The notes under the pieces were generated by a model. The model was not told where the DNA came from, did no database searches, and saw only the letters and a list, made by a program, of their open reading frames with translations. Made by a program: the position numbers and the translations under genes. This document shows, in pieces, positions 1-13,400 of a DNA stretch of 64,000 nucleotides (position 1 is its first letter; every line of letters starts with the position of its first letter). This DNA is from Vicugna vicugna (Eukaryota). The stretch lies in NCBI GenBank assembly GCA_013265495.1, contig MU058337.1, positions 7,174,716-7,238,715 on the forward strand, in the 5' to 3' direction.

Positions 1-1426
1 GGCAAGTCTGAAAGGAAGGGCCCGAATGGGGAAGACGTGAGAGCTGGAGGTGGAGACTCCAGAGTGCAATCCAGCTTCTGTTTTCAGGTCCCACCCTAGA
101 CAGCTGGCACAGAAGTCTCCCTCTGGGGCTCAGGGCCAGAGAAGTGATAAAACTTACTTGCAAAGAGCAGTCAGACAACTTGATATCATAGCCCGCGTGT
201 GGGTCTCAGAGCGGGGTCCCTGGACCACCTTGGAACTTAGTCATGCAAACTCCACAGGCCGTACTGGGCCTACAGAGTCAGCAACTCTGGGCGTGCGGTC
301 CAGAAAGCTGCTCTCCCAAGCCCTCGGGGTGGTTGTGAGGCTCACTCCTGTTTGAGAATCACCACTACAGGGTCACTGACCACAGAGAACTCTAGGCTGT
401 GGTTACTGGGGCCGGAGAGGGGCGGGAGAGGGAGGGAAAGGGACATATGAAACAGCACATGACAGACCCGGATAAATACAGGGCAAGGTGCTGGTACCGG
501 GAAGAGCTCGAGGAGATGTTAAAATGCAGACGAGACTATTGGTCAGCTCTGGTCCAAATTCCGGGGAGACAGGCTGAAGCCAAGAAGATGAAGGGTACGC
601 TTATGATTTAGAAGGTGCTCAGTGGCACTTGGTTTACAACCACTCACTTGGATTCTCACCCATTTTCTTCTTTCTCTTCGAAGTCATCCGTCTGACATCA
701 AGCCCCCTCTGCGGGCAGGTGCCAGGAAAGACGCAGGGGTGTGGGGATGGAGACCGCGGGGTTTGTCTGGGAAGGGGAGGCAGAAATAGAAACTTGCTAT
801 TACCGCCGTCTGGTAACATAGGGAGGTCGGAGGAGCCTTCATGAAGGAAGAGGGCACATTAAAAGGGGACTCCTGTCAAAGGACTTGCTGTCTTGTGTTA
901 AGGACTTTGGGTGGGTTGGGGGATCCTGGGAGCCCTGTGTGGTTGGGGCAGCCGGGGCTGGAAGGAAAGTAGCCCAGGGAACAGGAGCAATGGTGGAATC
1001 CTCCCTCCGTGTTGGGCACCGTGAAGTGTTCGGTGTTTCTGTTCTTTAACCTTCACCCAAACCCCTCTGACCTTGCGAGATAGTAAAGGACGTGATAAAC
1101 GTTTGGATTTTATCCTGTGGACAATGGACAGGCTTTGAAGTGTTCAAGGAGGAAGTGATTTTGGTAGATTCTCTGAACCTCTGGTTCTCAATTCTGACAA
1201 CTTGAGACAGTGGCCCAAGGGGCTAATTAAAAGAAAATGCAGCCTGCAGCTGTACTCCGGATAAAGGACCCGGGCCTCGGACCGGAATCACGGGCAGGGC
1301 TGGAGCCATCTGGATGACATATCTGACTGCCAGGGAAAGTCAGAGGGTCTGAGTTTAGACTCAGCAAAAAAAGAAAAACATTTTAATTGCTTGACTTTAA
1401 CAGTGGGATTTTTGTTTTTCTTTCAG

Positions 1427-1443
1427 GAACATCCAAATCGCGG
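1427..1443 (+). CDS. SLC15A1: SLC15A1 exon 2 (17 nt; (G)TSKSR)
   Basis: tttgtttttctttcag|GAACATCCAAATCGCGG|gtacgt; homologous to mammalian MGMSKS. Confidence 0.9.
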
Positions 1444-4400
1444 GTACGTATCCTTTTTATTTCTCCATGTGGCTTCATGATGTGAACTCCATTGTCTGTT
1501 TTGCTACTAAGTGTTCACAGCTGTGCTTTATTCGCTTAACAAATGCATCTTGTGCAGCTGACGTCAATGAGGGGCACTCCTGAGTTTCTGGGTAACATTT
1601 CTTCTCTTTAGGACATGCTGAGTGCAAGGCACACCTCATTTTATTGTGCTTTGCAAGATGTTGTGTTTTTTTTAGAAATTGAAGGTTTGTGGCAACCCTG
1701 TGTTGTCAGATGATGGTTAGCATTTTTCAGCAATAAAACATTTTTTAGTTAAGGTAAGTGCATTTTTTTTGTTTTGTTTTAATTTTTTAAATCATTCTTT
1801 TTTTCTTTCAGTTTTATTGAGATATAACTGACATACAGCACTGTATACTTTTTTGTACAGGAGATAATTAGGTTTTTTTTTTAATGGAGATATTAGGGAT
1901 TGAACTCAGGACCTCATGCTTGCTAGGTCCTATACTCTCCTGTGCTCTCCCCCCATACATTGTTTTTTTAAGACATAACGCTATTGTGCACTTAACAGAC
2001 TACAGTATAGTGTAAACATTACTTTTCTATGTACTGGGAAACCTAAAACTTCATGTGACTTGTTTTATTGCAATATTTGCTTTATTGTGGTGGTCTGGAA
2101 CCAAACCCACAATATCTTCGAAGTCTGCCTTGTACAGTCCTTCTCAGACTAACAATAAAACTATTAAAGCCTCATTTCATTCTTGTTCTTGTGTGCAGTA
2201 TAAGGGAATAAAAATGTTTAAATTCTCAGCTCCACCTCTGGAGGGTCCCTTGTAAGTTGCTAAACATGCATCAGATACTTCCTGTAATGTTAGCCCTCAT
2301 TTGTGAATAGGGACCAGTGAGGAGTGTGTTTCGATCCCAGCCTGATTCTCTTTTTCAGAGTTGCTTTGGTTATCCCTTGAGCATCTTCTTCATCGTGATC
2401 AATGAGTTCTGTGAAAGATTTTCCTACTATGGAATGAGAGGTAACTCCTTTCGACCCTGCTCTGTTCGGTGGAGAGCGTGAGTTACCGCAGCCACTTCTA
2501 ACTTTGTTGCCCTCTCTTCCTCCACCACCCTCTGCGGAAAGCACTCCTGATTCTGTACTTTCGATATTTCATCGGCTGGGACGACAGTCTCTCCACCACC
2601 ATCTACCACACATTTGTTGCTCTGTGTTACCTGACGCCAATTCTAGGAGCTCTCATCGCCGACTCCTGGCTGGGAAAGTTCAAGTGAGTCATGGCAACTT
2701 TCCTGTTAACAAGCAAGCCAAAAAGTAATTATAAGCTTTGGGCTTTGGGATGGTGGACTTGGGGAGCAAGGAATCAAGGAGCATAGAACTGGTAGGAGAT
2801 GGAGCCAGAGTCTATTTCTGCTCATCCTCGTGTCACCAGAGTTTAATACTGTGCCTGGCATTCAGCAGTGTGAATGCAAGTAGCTTTGGTAGGATTTTTT
2901 CCTCCTCCAAACACTTATGACATCTTTGTCTCATCTTGAAATAGTAGCTGGAATGCCATCTGTCATTAATGATGCATGAAGAGTTAAGAACAAAGAAGCT
3001 CTCTCAAAACATCCCAGCTGCTTAAAGTCTCAAGCGGCTGGATGAGCAGAAAGGACTTGGGGCGCTCACCAGTCCTGCAGGAAGAGCTCTAGGGGTGCAC
3101 TCAATGGGAGGGGTCATCTGGAAGTTTCCTAAGACTTAATGCAGAAGGAAGTAGAGGCTCTTCCAGGTCCAATGCACAACACGGGTGGAAGCAGGAATAT
3201 TCAGTGACTGTCTCATAATGTCTCAATATAATTCAAAAATAACTAATGGACCACTGCTGGCTAAATATTGTTACCAGGCACAAGATATCTCTGACTGTTT
3301 AAAGATACAGGTACTAATTTCAGTAGTTGGGTGAAATGAGACCTTGAATCTTTCAAGTAGGTCAAGGAGAAAACAGATCTTCCCCATTCCTCTAGCTCCT
3401 GTGGCCAAAATTTTGCTCTAAGCATAACAGTTCTTCAGCAGGCTGCCTTTCAAAGCATGAGCAGGTTTACACAGTTTGAGAAACAAGGACATTCTTATTG
3501 GGGCTTTTGAAAGTTGGAAGCAGAGGCCTTCATGTGGTGGAAAAGGAAGTGGACTGCTATTGTACAGTTGACTTGGATTCTCTTGACCTCTTGAAACACA
3601 GGACAATCGTGTCTCTCTCCATTGTCTACACCATTGGACAGGCAGTCATTGCAGTGAGCTCCATTAATGACCTCACGGACTTCAACCACGATGGAACCCC
3701 GGACAATATTTCTGCGCATGTGTGAGTTGATGTTAACTGAGGCCCTACCCTGACCTCTTACCTCCCACTGCTTGCTTGTTTGGTGCTTTAATTTTTCACC
3801 TTTTTCCTTGAACTTCACTGTAAGTGTAAGGAGGCCTTTCCTCCCCTGGCAGCACAGAGAAAGCTGTTGAATTGACTCAGAATTGGGTCTTCAGTATGTC
3901 AGTGTCATTGCTCACTGGAAGGCTTGCTGTCTTGGGTGCCTCTCCCATCAGGCACGGTCAGTGTGTGGAGTCTTCCCTAGAGGGGCATTAGCTCCCACAG
4001 ACCTTGATCATTAATTGCACCAGGTTTCCTCAAGATTCTATACCTTTAGTTCTCTGTCTTGGACCACATTACTGCTCATTTTTGAGTAAATCAGTTTCAT
4101 AAACATTTGTTCCAGCCCTGGGTTCTGCGTTCTTGCTGAAAAGTGCTGTTGACAACAGCTCCTCTGTGAAATTGACTCCCCTTCGTTGCAGTCTGGCCTA
4201 GCAGACAAGTGGTAAAGATTTATTCTGTTCCCTGTTCCAAGGCTTTGGTTCCTTGACCTAGGAGTAAACCATCTTATGGTTTGGGAAAATATAATTGAAA
4301 TTCAAATTAGTATCTGCCATCCCTGTATTTCTGGTTTGCTAGTCAATCGGACAGCCATCCAGATTAGATCCCTGGATGTAACACCTATGGCGGAAATGTG

Positions 4401-7400
4401 TTAGTGGAGGGGAGTGGTTACGAGCATAGTCCACAGCTCAGACTTCCAGGATCTGAGTCCCGGCTCTGAGTCCCACAGAACAGCTGTGTGACCTGGGCCA
4501 ACTTATCTTCCCCATGCCTCCCTCAGTTTTATAATCTACAGTATCGATTAAGACATGGACTTTGGAGCCAGGCTGTATGGGTTCAAATTCTGGCTGTGCC
4601 CCTTACGAGTTGTGTGATCTTCAGCAAATTTCTTAACCTCTGTGCTCATGTGTCCTCATTTGTAGGACTGTTACGCATTAATCTGGGTAGATCATCTAGA
4701 ACCCTGCCTGGCAAGCGATAGATATTCAAGAAAGCCTGGCTACTTATTTTATCTCCTGGGATTAGGTACTGAAACATGCCCACAAGCCTCATAAGACTAC
4801 ATAGTGGCGAAGGTATAGCTCAAGTGGTAGAACACATGCTTAGCATGCAAGAGGTCCTGGGTTCAATCCCCAGTACCTCCTCTAAAAATAAACAAACCCA
4901 ATTACCTCCCCCTAATCCTGCCCAAAAAATAATAAGTAAATAATACAATAATAATTAAATATTTTTAAAAGACTGCATGGTATATAACATTAAATTGGCC
5001 ATGTTTTTGTTGTTCTTTAAAATGCTCAGAGTGACAACATCAAACACAAGTTGTGTAAAGAGGCAAACAAGATGAAAGAGGTGCTTCAGTCAGTTAATCC
5101 AGGGAGATGGGCATGATTTTTTAAAGAATTCTTTCTATGGGCAGTGTCTTCCTTGACTTTATCTGTTTCATAAAGTATTTTTTAGCATTTTTAAACAATG
5201 TTAGCAACCAAGAAGATATGGAATAAACATTTATAAAACCTGAAATGTGTAGTGACTACTGTAAATCTAACAAAATTACAAGATGAGGTTTGGTAAATTC
5301 TATGAATGGTTTTTCTTTTTTCAATTCAGGAGGTAAAACACAGATAACTTGGAAAATACAAAAGCAAATTGAAAAATAATCCTTAACCCCTTTTATTATT
5401 ATAAACTCTTTTCATTGTAAAAGATCATAATAATAAACCTTTTGCTCTACTTTTTTCCAGTCTTCTGTACTTTGTAAACAAGTTAAGGTCATACTCTATA
5501 ACCTGATACTCTGCTTTGCAATTAAATCATGTTTCCAATGTCTTTTAATGACTCATATGAGTCTATTATGATTGTACCAGAGGCAATGCTTAAACATTTC
5601 ACTTACCCATTTAGGCTACAAAAGAACCACACATAAAGCTTTGTTCAGTATTCAAAGCATTGCTTTAAATTTTCTAGATGGTAAATTATTAGATAAAGAT
5701 ATGAATTTGAAGGCCCTTGAGTTCAAGTTCCATTCAGCTGTCAAGACTGCATTCCTGTGAATTATCTTCTCATACGGGGTGAATCCCTTCTCTTTGTTTA
5801 CCATTGTGCCTTGTCCTCTGAGGGAAATTAGTGGAAAGAGAGGTTCCTGCATCTAAGGATCTCACATCCTGCCCCTTCTCCCACCTACCACTTTCCACAG
5901 GGCGCTGTCCATGGTTGGCCTGGCCCTGATAGCTCTGGGTACTGGCGGGATAAAGCCTTGTGTGTCTGCATTTGGTGGAGATCAGTTTGAAGAGGGCCAG
6001 GTAAGAGCATGCATCTCCACAGAAACCATGTAAGTGATTATAATCAAATTCCACTGACACAGAGTGTATTCTCTATTGGAGGTTTTTCAAGTATATATAA
6101 GACGCTGACTGAAACCAAGTTAGAAGTCAAATCAGATCATCTGCCACAGTTGATCAGTTGACATATAGCCCAAGTCATCATACTTTATCTTTCTTATTAC
6201 AGGAAAAGCAAAGAAACAGATTTTTTTCCATCTTTTATTTGGCCATTAATGCTGGAAGTTTGATTTCTACGATCATCACTCCCCTGCTCAGAGGTAAAAA
6301 ATATCTGAAGGAGATCTTGGTTTTTCTTTTTTTAATGATGGAGAGAAGTCAGGTGAAAAGTTTAGTCTCTGCTGGTTTTGTTCAGTTCTCCCTACGCCGG
6401 CTGTCACATATATCCTGGAGGACATAGTGAAACCCATGATTCTAACTGCTTTTCTTTCAAGATTGACCTCCTTTGCTAATCTTCTTTGAATCCCTTATCC
6501 CAGTGGCCACTGAAGAATCTAGACCATCGTGAGCATAGCAATTGATTTTTCTAAATCATTATTAATAATTCAAAGTCCTTATCCGTGGTAAGAGATAAAA
6601 TAAGAGAGTCTGTTTGGAAACTATGCCGGACAAGTGGGGCCATAGATGACATTTTTTACCTTCAGGCTTGGCTCCCCAGTGCCGTTCAGTGAGTTACGAA
6701 GAATTTAGCAGGCAAGGTTTTATTCTTTGCTTCCCTATCATTTCAAGTGTTTCTAAAAGAACTACCCCAAGAAAGAGAAGGGGACAGCAACTATCAGCAG
6801 CACTCAGATTTCTGTGCTGGCAGACGCTCCAGTGAGAGTTTGTGAATTTCCCACATGGAAGGGTATATGTGGGGACAAATTAGACCAAAGCAAGACCATG
6901 GTGCCTACACTTGAAGTCAGAATAAATTATGAAACAAGATAATTTGTGGGGTTTATGTATTTCTGCCTAGAGTAGTAATTTGAAGGTGACACAGAAGCCC
7001 CATTCCAACTTGCTTTATATAAAAATTTACTACCTTTTACTCTTGCATTCTATTCCCTGACCTCCCCTCCCCTCCCCCACCTCCAGGTTCTACTAGAATA
7101 TGTACTGTGTGCATTTGAATGTGTAAAATGACCATTTTGAAGGAAAAATCATTACTCTCATACCCATATAAAGGGAGCATGTCACCAAGATTTTATATAA
7201 GTTATTAGTTAATGAGAGAACTGGAAAGCTGATATAATCAGTTCAAATGAGGATTTGACTAATGGAGATTTCTGTTCTTTATGGGGGGAAATTATTTTGC
7301 ATTGCTATTTTGTATTGTTCTGAACAGGAAATGATTGACTATAGTTTTCTACCTCGGTAACTTCTTTTTCTGCAAAACTGCGAAACAGCTAGTCAAAGGC

Positions 7401-10400
7401 AAAGTCAAACCCAATAGGACCAGATGTCTCCTGGAGGCTCCAGCACTCCATTGAAAGGATTTCCAGTAATTTCTGTTGCCCCTTCCAAAGTCTTAATTTT
7501 TTTCCTGCCAGCCCTAGGATTTCAGAGCTAAAAGAGATCTTCAGGCAGGAGTTGGGAGCCTATGGCCCACAGGCCAAATCCAGAAATCTGGACAAGACCA
7601 TCCATGTGTGTATTGTCCACAGCCACTTTCACCCTGCAAAGGCAGGGCTGTGTAGTTAGGACAGTCCACAGCCTCTGACTCTTCACAGAAAAGTTAGTTG
7701 ACCCCTGCCCTGGGTCATCTCATTGTTTTCTAACTAGCATGAGTTCAGGAACATACAATCTTGATTTTCCAGAGTCCTTTGATTTTACTGACTGAATCCC
7801 ACTTTCTTCAAGTTACTATATCCAAGTCATTTTTATCTCCCCGACTAAGTAAGTCAGCAGAACATAAGAGTTCCCACTGATTTTGGCTTAGCTGGTATCA
7901 GACATCTACGTAGGGGCTGAGATTAGAACCTGCCTCCATCTCCTGCTCTTCCTACCACAAAGCTGTTCTGCTCAGCTGGGAATGACATCAATAAGGCATG
8001 TGAATAAGTCTAGAACATTAAGTGAGAATATTATGTAATAACCAGTTAGGGATTTAAAAAACTGTGAAATTGATGAGCATTACCATTATCATAATGAACT
8101 TTAATCTTGTAATTTCTCCTCAGTTCAAGTGTGTGGAATTCACAGTAAACAAGCTTGTTACCCATTGGCGTTTGGGGTTCCTGCTGCTCTCATGGCTGTG
8201 TCTCTGAGTAAGTAGGAATCAGTGGAATTAATACAGTCCTATGATCAGGGCAGACCCTCACATTAATTACTGTGACCAATTTTTATCTATTTTTTATTTT
8301 ATTTATTTATTTTGGGGGGTAATTAGGTTTATTTATGTATTTATATATGTCTGTATGTATTTATTTGTTTATTTATTAAAGGAAGTACTGGGGATTAAAC
8401 CCAGGACCTTGTGCCTGCTAAGCGCACACTCTTCCACTGAGCAATAATCTCCACCCCAAGGTTTCAGTGTTTGTATGTGAGAGCACAATATAATATTGCT
8501 CAGAAGCTCCTGTGATTATTAGAATCAAAAGCACTTTCTAAACTGGGAGGTACCTAAGTAAACTCATTTTATGAGTAATCCCAGTATTTCTAAAACAAGG
8601 TTATAATTCATACAGAAGCACATCTTCTGGGTCACAGGTAGCTCTGTCAGACACCTGGCTAACCCACCTTCTTTTGCCCTCCCCAGTTGTGTTTGTCATT
8701 GGGAGTAGGATGTACAAGAAGTTCCAGCCTCAGGGCAACGTCATGGCTAAAGTCGTCCGGTGCATTGGGGTAAGTATTTCAATAGCTCTCTCTCCATCAT
8801 ATTAGTCACCCTAGAACCTTCTGCCTCCTTTAAATTAAAATTCAGTGAACCTTTGACTTTCCTTGAAGCATTGTATTGGTGTTCTTTACTATTTTGAGAA
8901 ATTGAAGTTTCTTATAAAGCTCATCAAATGGAAAAGGACCCAAACAGAACTCGAAAAGAGAGGGATGGAAATGGCTCTTGAACTTAAAACATCAGTGGTG
9001 AAAGAAAAGCAAATCAGAGGGACTCTTCACCTGTCAAAATGACACACTGTGTCTGATGTTTGTCGGGGAGCAGTGAAACAGCAATATAGAGGCGCAGTTT
9101 TGTGATGCCCGTCAGGAGTCTGAGGCCTGGAGAGTGTCAGCAATGCTACTTTCAGGAATAAAGGCCAAGAAAATCGCTCTGAAAGATGAACACAGATTCA
9201 CGTGAGAAGATTATCAATGTAATATTTAGAAAAAAAATGTATGACAAAAATCTAAGTCAAGCAACTTGCTGACAGTAGAATAGTGCTTAACACAGTACCT
9301 CCGTGCCGTGTTACGCAGCCAGAAGTCTTGTCTTCAGAGACTGTTTGGTGATGGGAACGTGCAGGTGTGGTCTCTTCCATGTGCATCTGCAGGGATATGT
9401 CCACACAGGCACATTCAAAGGCAGGAAATAAATGCTGAGCCTGGGAATCTTTAAATAATGGAGTCAAATAACTATATTCCCAAATATGCTGCCTATTTTT
9501 TAAAAGGAATATGTACATTGTATAATCAAGGGGGAAAATGTGTTACTCATTTATTAAGAACTGTGGATAACCCTTTGGATGTCAAGGTAGCCTTAAGATA
9601 ATCTCAGTCACCTCCTTTCCCCTTTTCCTGACATTATCGTGTTAAATTGTACGTGTGCTTTACTTTGTGACATAAAGGTGTCCTCTGAGGGTCAAAAAAA
9701 GTTCCCCCGCCTCACGTGTCTTCCCTTTTCCTCCTGCACTTTCCTCTAACGTTAGAGCTAGCCCCACCGAAAATCTTCTCCCAAGCTAAGAGGGGATGTC
9801 CGGTTCCAATGACCTCTCCAAGTCCTTCCTTCCCAAGTAATGGGTGACTTAGTTCAAAACTCCAAAAGAACAACTTCAAGCTATTTCAGGTTATGAGAAT
9901 TATATTTCCCAGTATCCTACGTCAGCCTGCAGCTTTGAGTTACTGCCTTTAAGTCACAGGCTTGTCCCCAACTGGCATCACTATCGCCCTCTTGCTGTCA
10001 CATCATTATGAATGCACTGTGCTCCACTGAAGGCTTCTTACCAAGGAATTTTGGAAGCCTCTAATTTTATAATGGGTAGTGGTAGGTAAGTATATTTTTC
10101 TGATCAGTGTTGACATATTTTAGAATATGTTCAACCATAATCTTTATTTTCCTCTAATACTTTTTCTATGTGGTGAGTTCTCACTCTCCTTTGTGTGACT
10201 GTAATACATTATTATAGACCTTTGCTATCCAATATGGTAGCCAGTAGCCACACATGGCTATTGAATATTTGAATTGTGGCAAGTGCAACTGGGGAACAGA
10301 ATTTCAAATTGGATTTCACTTAAATTAATTTAAATTATGTAATTTGTTATACAGGTATTTCTATGTAGTAGATTCTCTTCAGTTTAAAAACCAATGTTCA

Positions 10401-13400
10401 ATTAAGTTATTGGAAAACTTTTTAAAATGTTTGAAACAACTTAGGTATGTAAGTCTAGTTTTTCAAACACAAATTTTATGAAATGTAAATTCAGATCAAA
10501 CACTTCTGATAAAAAAATTTAGCATCTGAATAGAAATGTGGTCTAAGTGTGAAATATTCTCTGGAATTCGAAGACTTGATATGAAAAGAAAATGTAAAAT
10601 TTTTCATCATTTTTTAATACTGATTACATATTAAGATCATATTTTGGGTTTGTTGGGTTAAATAAAATATATTTTAAGTGAATTTCACCAGTTTCTCTTT
10701 TACTGTTTAATACAGCTACCAGAAAACTTAAATTGCTTATGTGTCACGTGTTATGTTTCTACTGAACACTCCTCTCTAGAAAATCTGGAGAGTACAGTAG
10801 TAACAGCGTGATGCCATTTACCCTAACTCAAACACCCTCAGTTAGTAAGGGGTTGAAATAAATGCATGTTCTGTCTTTAGCATCTTCATGATTCTAGCAT
10901 CTCCAAGTTCATATTTTGCTTCTCTCATAAGCCTTCCATTAAAAGGAGTTGAACTGAAGTGTGCTTCACTGAAAGTAGTCACTTCTGTTTTGAAATTTGA
11001 TTTTTCTTCCTTTCTTCAGTTTGCCATCAAAAATAGGTTTAAGCATCGGAGTAAGGAATTTCCTAAGAGGGAGCACTGGCTGGACTGGGCCAATGAGAAA
11101 TACGATGTAAGTGATTATTATTGCTACGATGGTCCCAGTAATCATAAATCCCGTTATTAAGGCTACGTGGACAAAATTATCGGTTGTAGCTTCATAAACT
11201 TTATTAGCATTTTAAATAAGACTGTGTGTGGGAGTGTTTATTTATATTGAAAAGAACTGGGTACACAATGGATATAATTTATCTGGAAATAATAATGCCT
11301 TTCATAGATTTTCATATGGTATAATCTGCCATTAGTTACATGTCATTGCGATCACATAACTTTGGTTTGAATATGGAAGAGTTAAGTGGTGGTGTTGGGA
11401 TTTACATTTAGTGGAATTTATATTTAAATTTGAGTAATTTACTGCCTGAACAGATGTTTTCACTCATGTATTAAACGCCTTAGGAATTTTTGGTTTTCTA
11501 AAGATAACTGCAATAGGGTTCTTAGAATAATTAATCACCTCCCAGCTTGTCTCCAGATGCAAATATGTCTGTGCTGAAAATAGCATTGTGTGGTGGCTGT
11601 GAGTGACACAAGTCGTGGCTGATTTGTCCTTACAGGAGCGGCTGGTCTCTCAAATCAAGATGGTTACAAGGGTGATGTTCCTGTACATTCCGCTCCCCAT
11701 GTTCTGGGCCTTGTTTGACCAGCAGGTAACAGGAAACCCTGTTTCTGTACATCTTCATTTAACAAAACATTCTTCAGGCATTACCAGGCACCAAGTGGTA
11801 CTTCCTTAGTGCTTAGCTACTAAAAATGTTCTCTTCCAGATCCTTTTGTATATTTCATTTATTTGGTAATTGTTAGATCACCTTGGCTTTCTTTTTTAAA
11901 AAAACAACGCTAGTTAGTTCTATACACATTTCTGTGGCAAAACAATGAAGAAAATTAGGTGGGGGCAAGTAGAGAGTCTTGGGAAAGAGCTGACCAAAGT
12001 ATCCAGGACTCCTGCCAGTCAAAGTGAGAATAAAGTGTTAGTTTTTCAACTGATACAGCATGGTAAAAGAGTGGATTTTTTCCCCTTAATGGAGCTACTG
12101 GGGATTGAACCCAGGACACCATGCATGCCAAGCACGCACCCTACCACTGAGCTACACCCACCACCCCCAGCAGGGTAAAAGGTACATTATCTTTTATGGG
12201 ATCCAAAGAATATTTAAACTGAGAGAGACTTGATATCTTTCAAAATGAAATGGGATGCTTGGGCTAGAAGTGCCATCCAGGGACGTGAAATGACTCTGCC
12301 TGAGTCACTCTTATCAGAGCAGGAACTAAAAGAGATCATTGACTTGTCCTCTGCTCTTTCTCCCACAGCTAGAGAACACATGCCTGGGAATTTTTCAAAA
12401 CAGAGAAAAACCCCATGAGTGATACTCAGTCACCAAAGTATTAATATATTATTTCTTTTAGAAACTGGAGTTAAAGAAAAAATTTACAAACATTTATGGT
12501 TTTACTGTGCAGGAAGGATTATTAGGGTAAACTATCTTTTGGGAAAAAATTTTTGAGTGTAGACGTTAATCTCCTTTTTTGTAAGTATGCGTCTTAAGAA
12601 CCAGTTTTGCATGTTGGGTAGGGACCAGTTATTGAAACTGAACTTGCACTAGAAATGCACTCAGTACCTTTTAGCTGTGTGACTTCGTGTAATCCTTTAA
12701 TCCTTCTGAAAAGGGTACTAACCCAGGGTAAGGCTGTGAGGATCAAAACAGAGACTGTACATTAAGTAATCAGTGGCTGGCATATATTAAGAACTCAGCC
12801 AGTGACATATTTCTTGACTTTTTACTACGTCCTCCTAGTGTAAGTGATAGATTGTGTTGAGACATTTCCATGTTCAGTCCTCCATGGAATGTATGATATA
12901 TTCTTATACAGTCCTGTGTCACCTTTTACTGTAAAATAGGTTGAATATAAGTAGGCTACCCAGGTTTAATCCATCACGCTCTCGATGGAATTACATTTTC
13001 GGACAGCCGAGCCTGCCAACAGTAGACTCAACGATAATAACGTTCCTGAAGTTACCATACCACTGAATGTAAAATATCCTCAGGGTGGGAAGCTGCTTTC
13101 ACCTGGCAGGTGGTATCAGCTTCCCAGCAAACCTCAGAAATGCATTTTTGTCTTTCCTAAGGATGGCTTATCCCAGAGTAGTACTCACTGGATTCTGCAT
13201 GAGGGGTTGGAGTACTATATGTTGTGTTAACTCAACAGCAGAAATGCATGTCATTTCTTCTTACCTATAATCACAGTGGAGCTGGGAGATGAGCCTGATG
13301 TTGGAAAGAAAATGTTTAAACCCTGTAACAGTTCAGACCTCCTTCCTGATTTTAAAGAGACCCTACACTGACTTGTGAAATGTTTAAGACCCCCGGTCCC

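Noticed and set aside
50..844. Short ORFs as possible SLC15A1 exon 1
   Set aside because: No CpG-island promoter or convincing ATGG|gt exon; exon 1 is expected further upstream
4808..4880. Possible tRNA-Ala gene
   Set aside because: It has an A-rich tail, a TSD and many diverged copies in the window, so it is a SINE head rather than a tRNA gene
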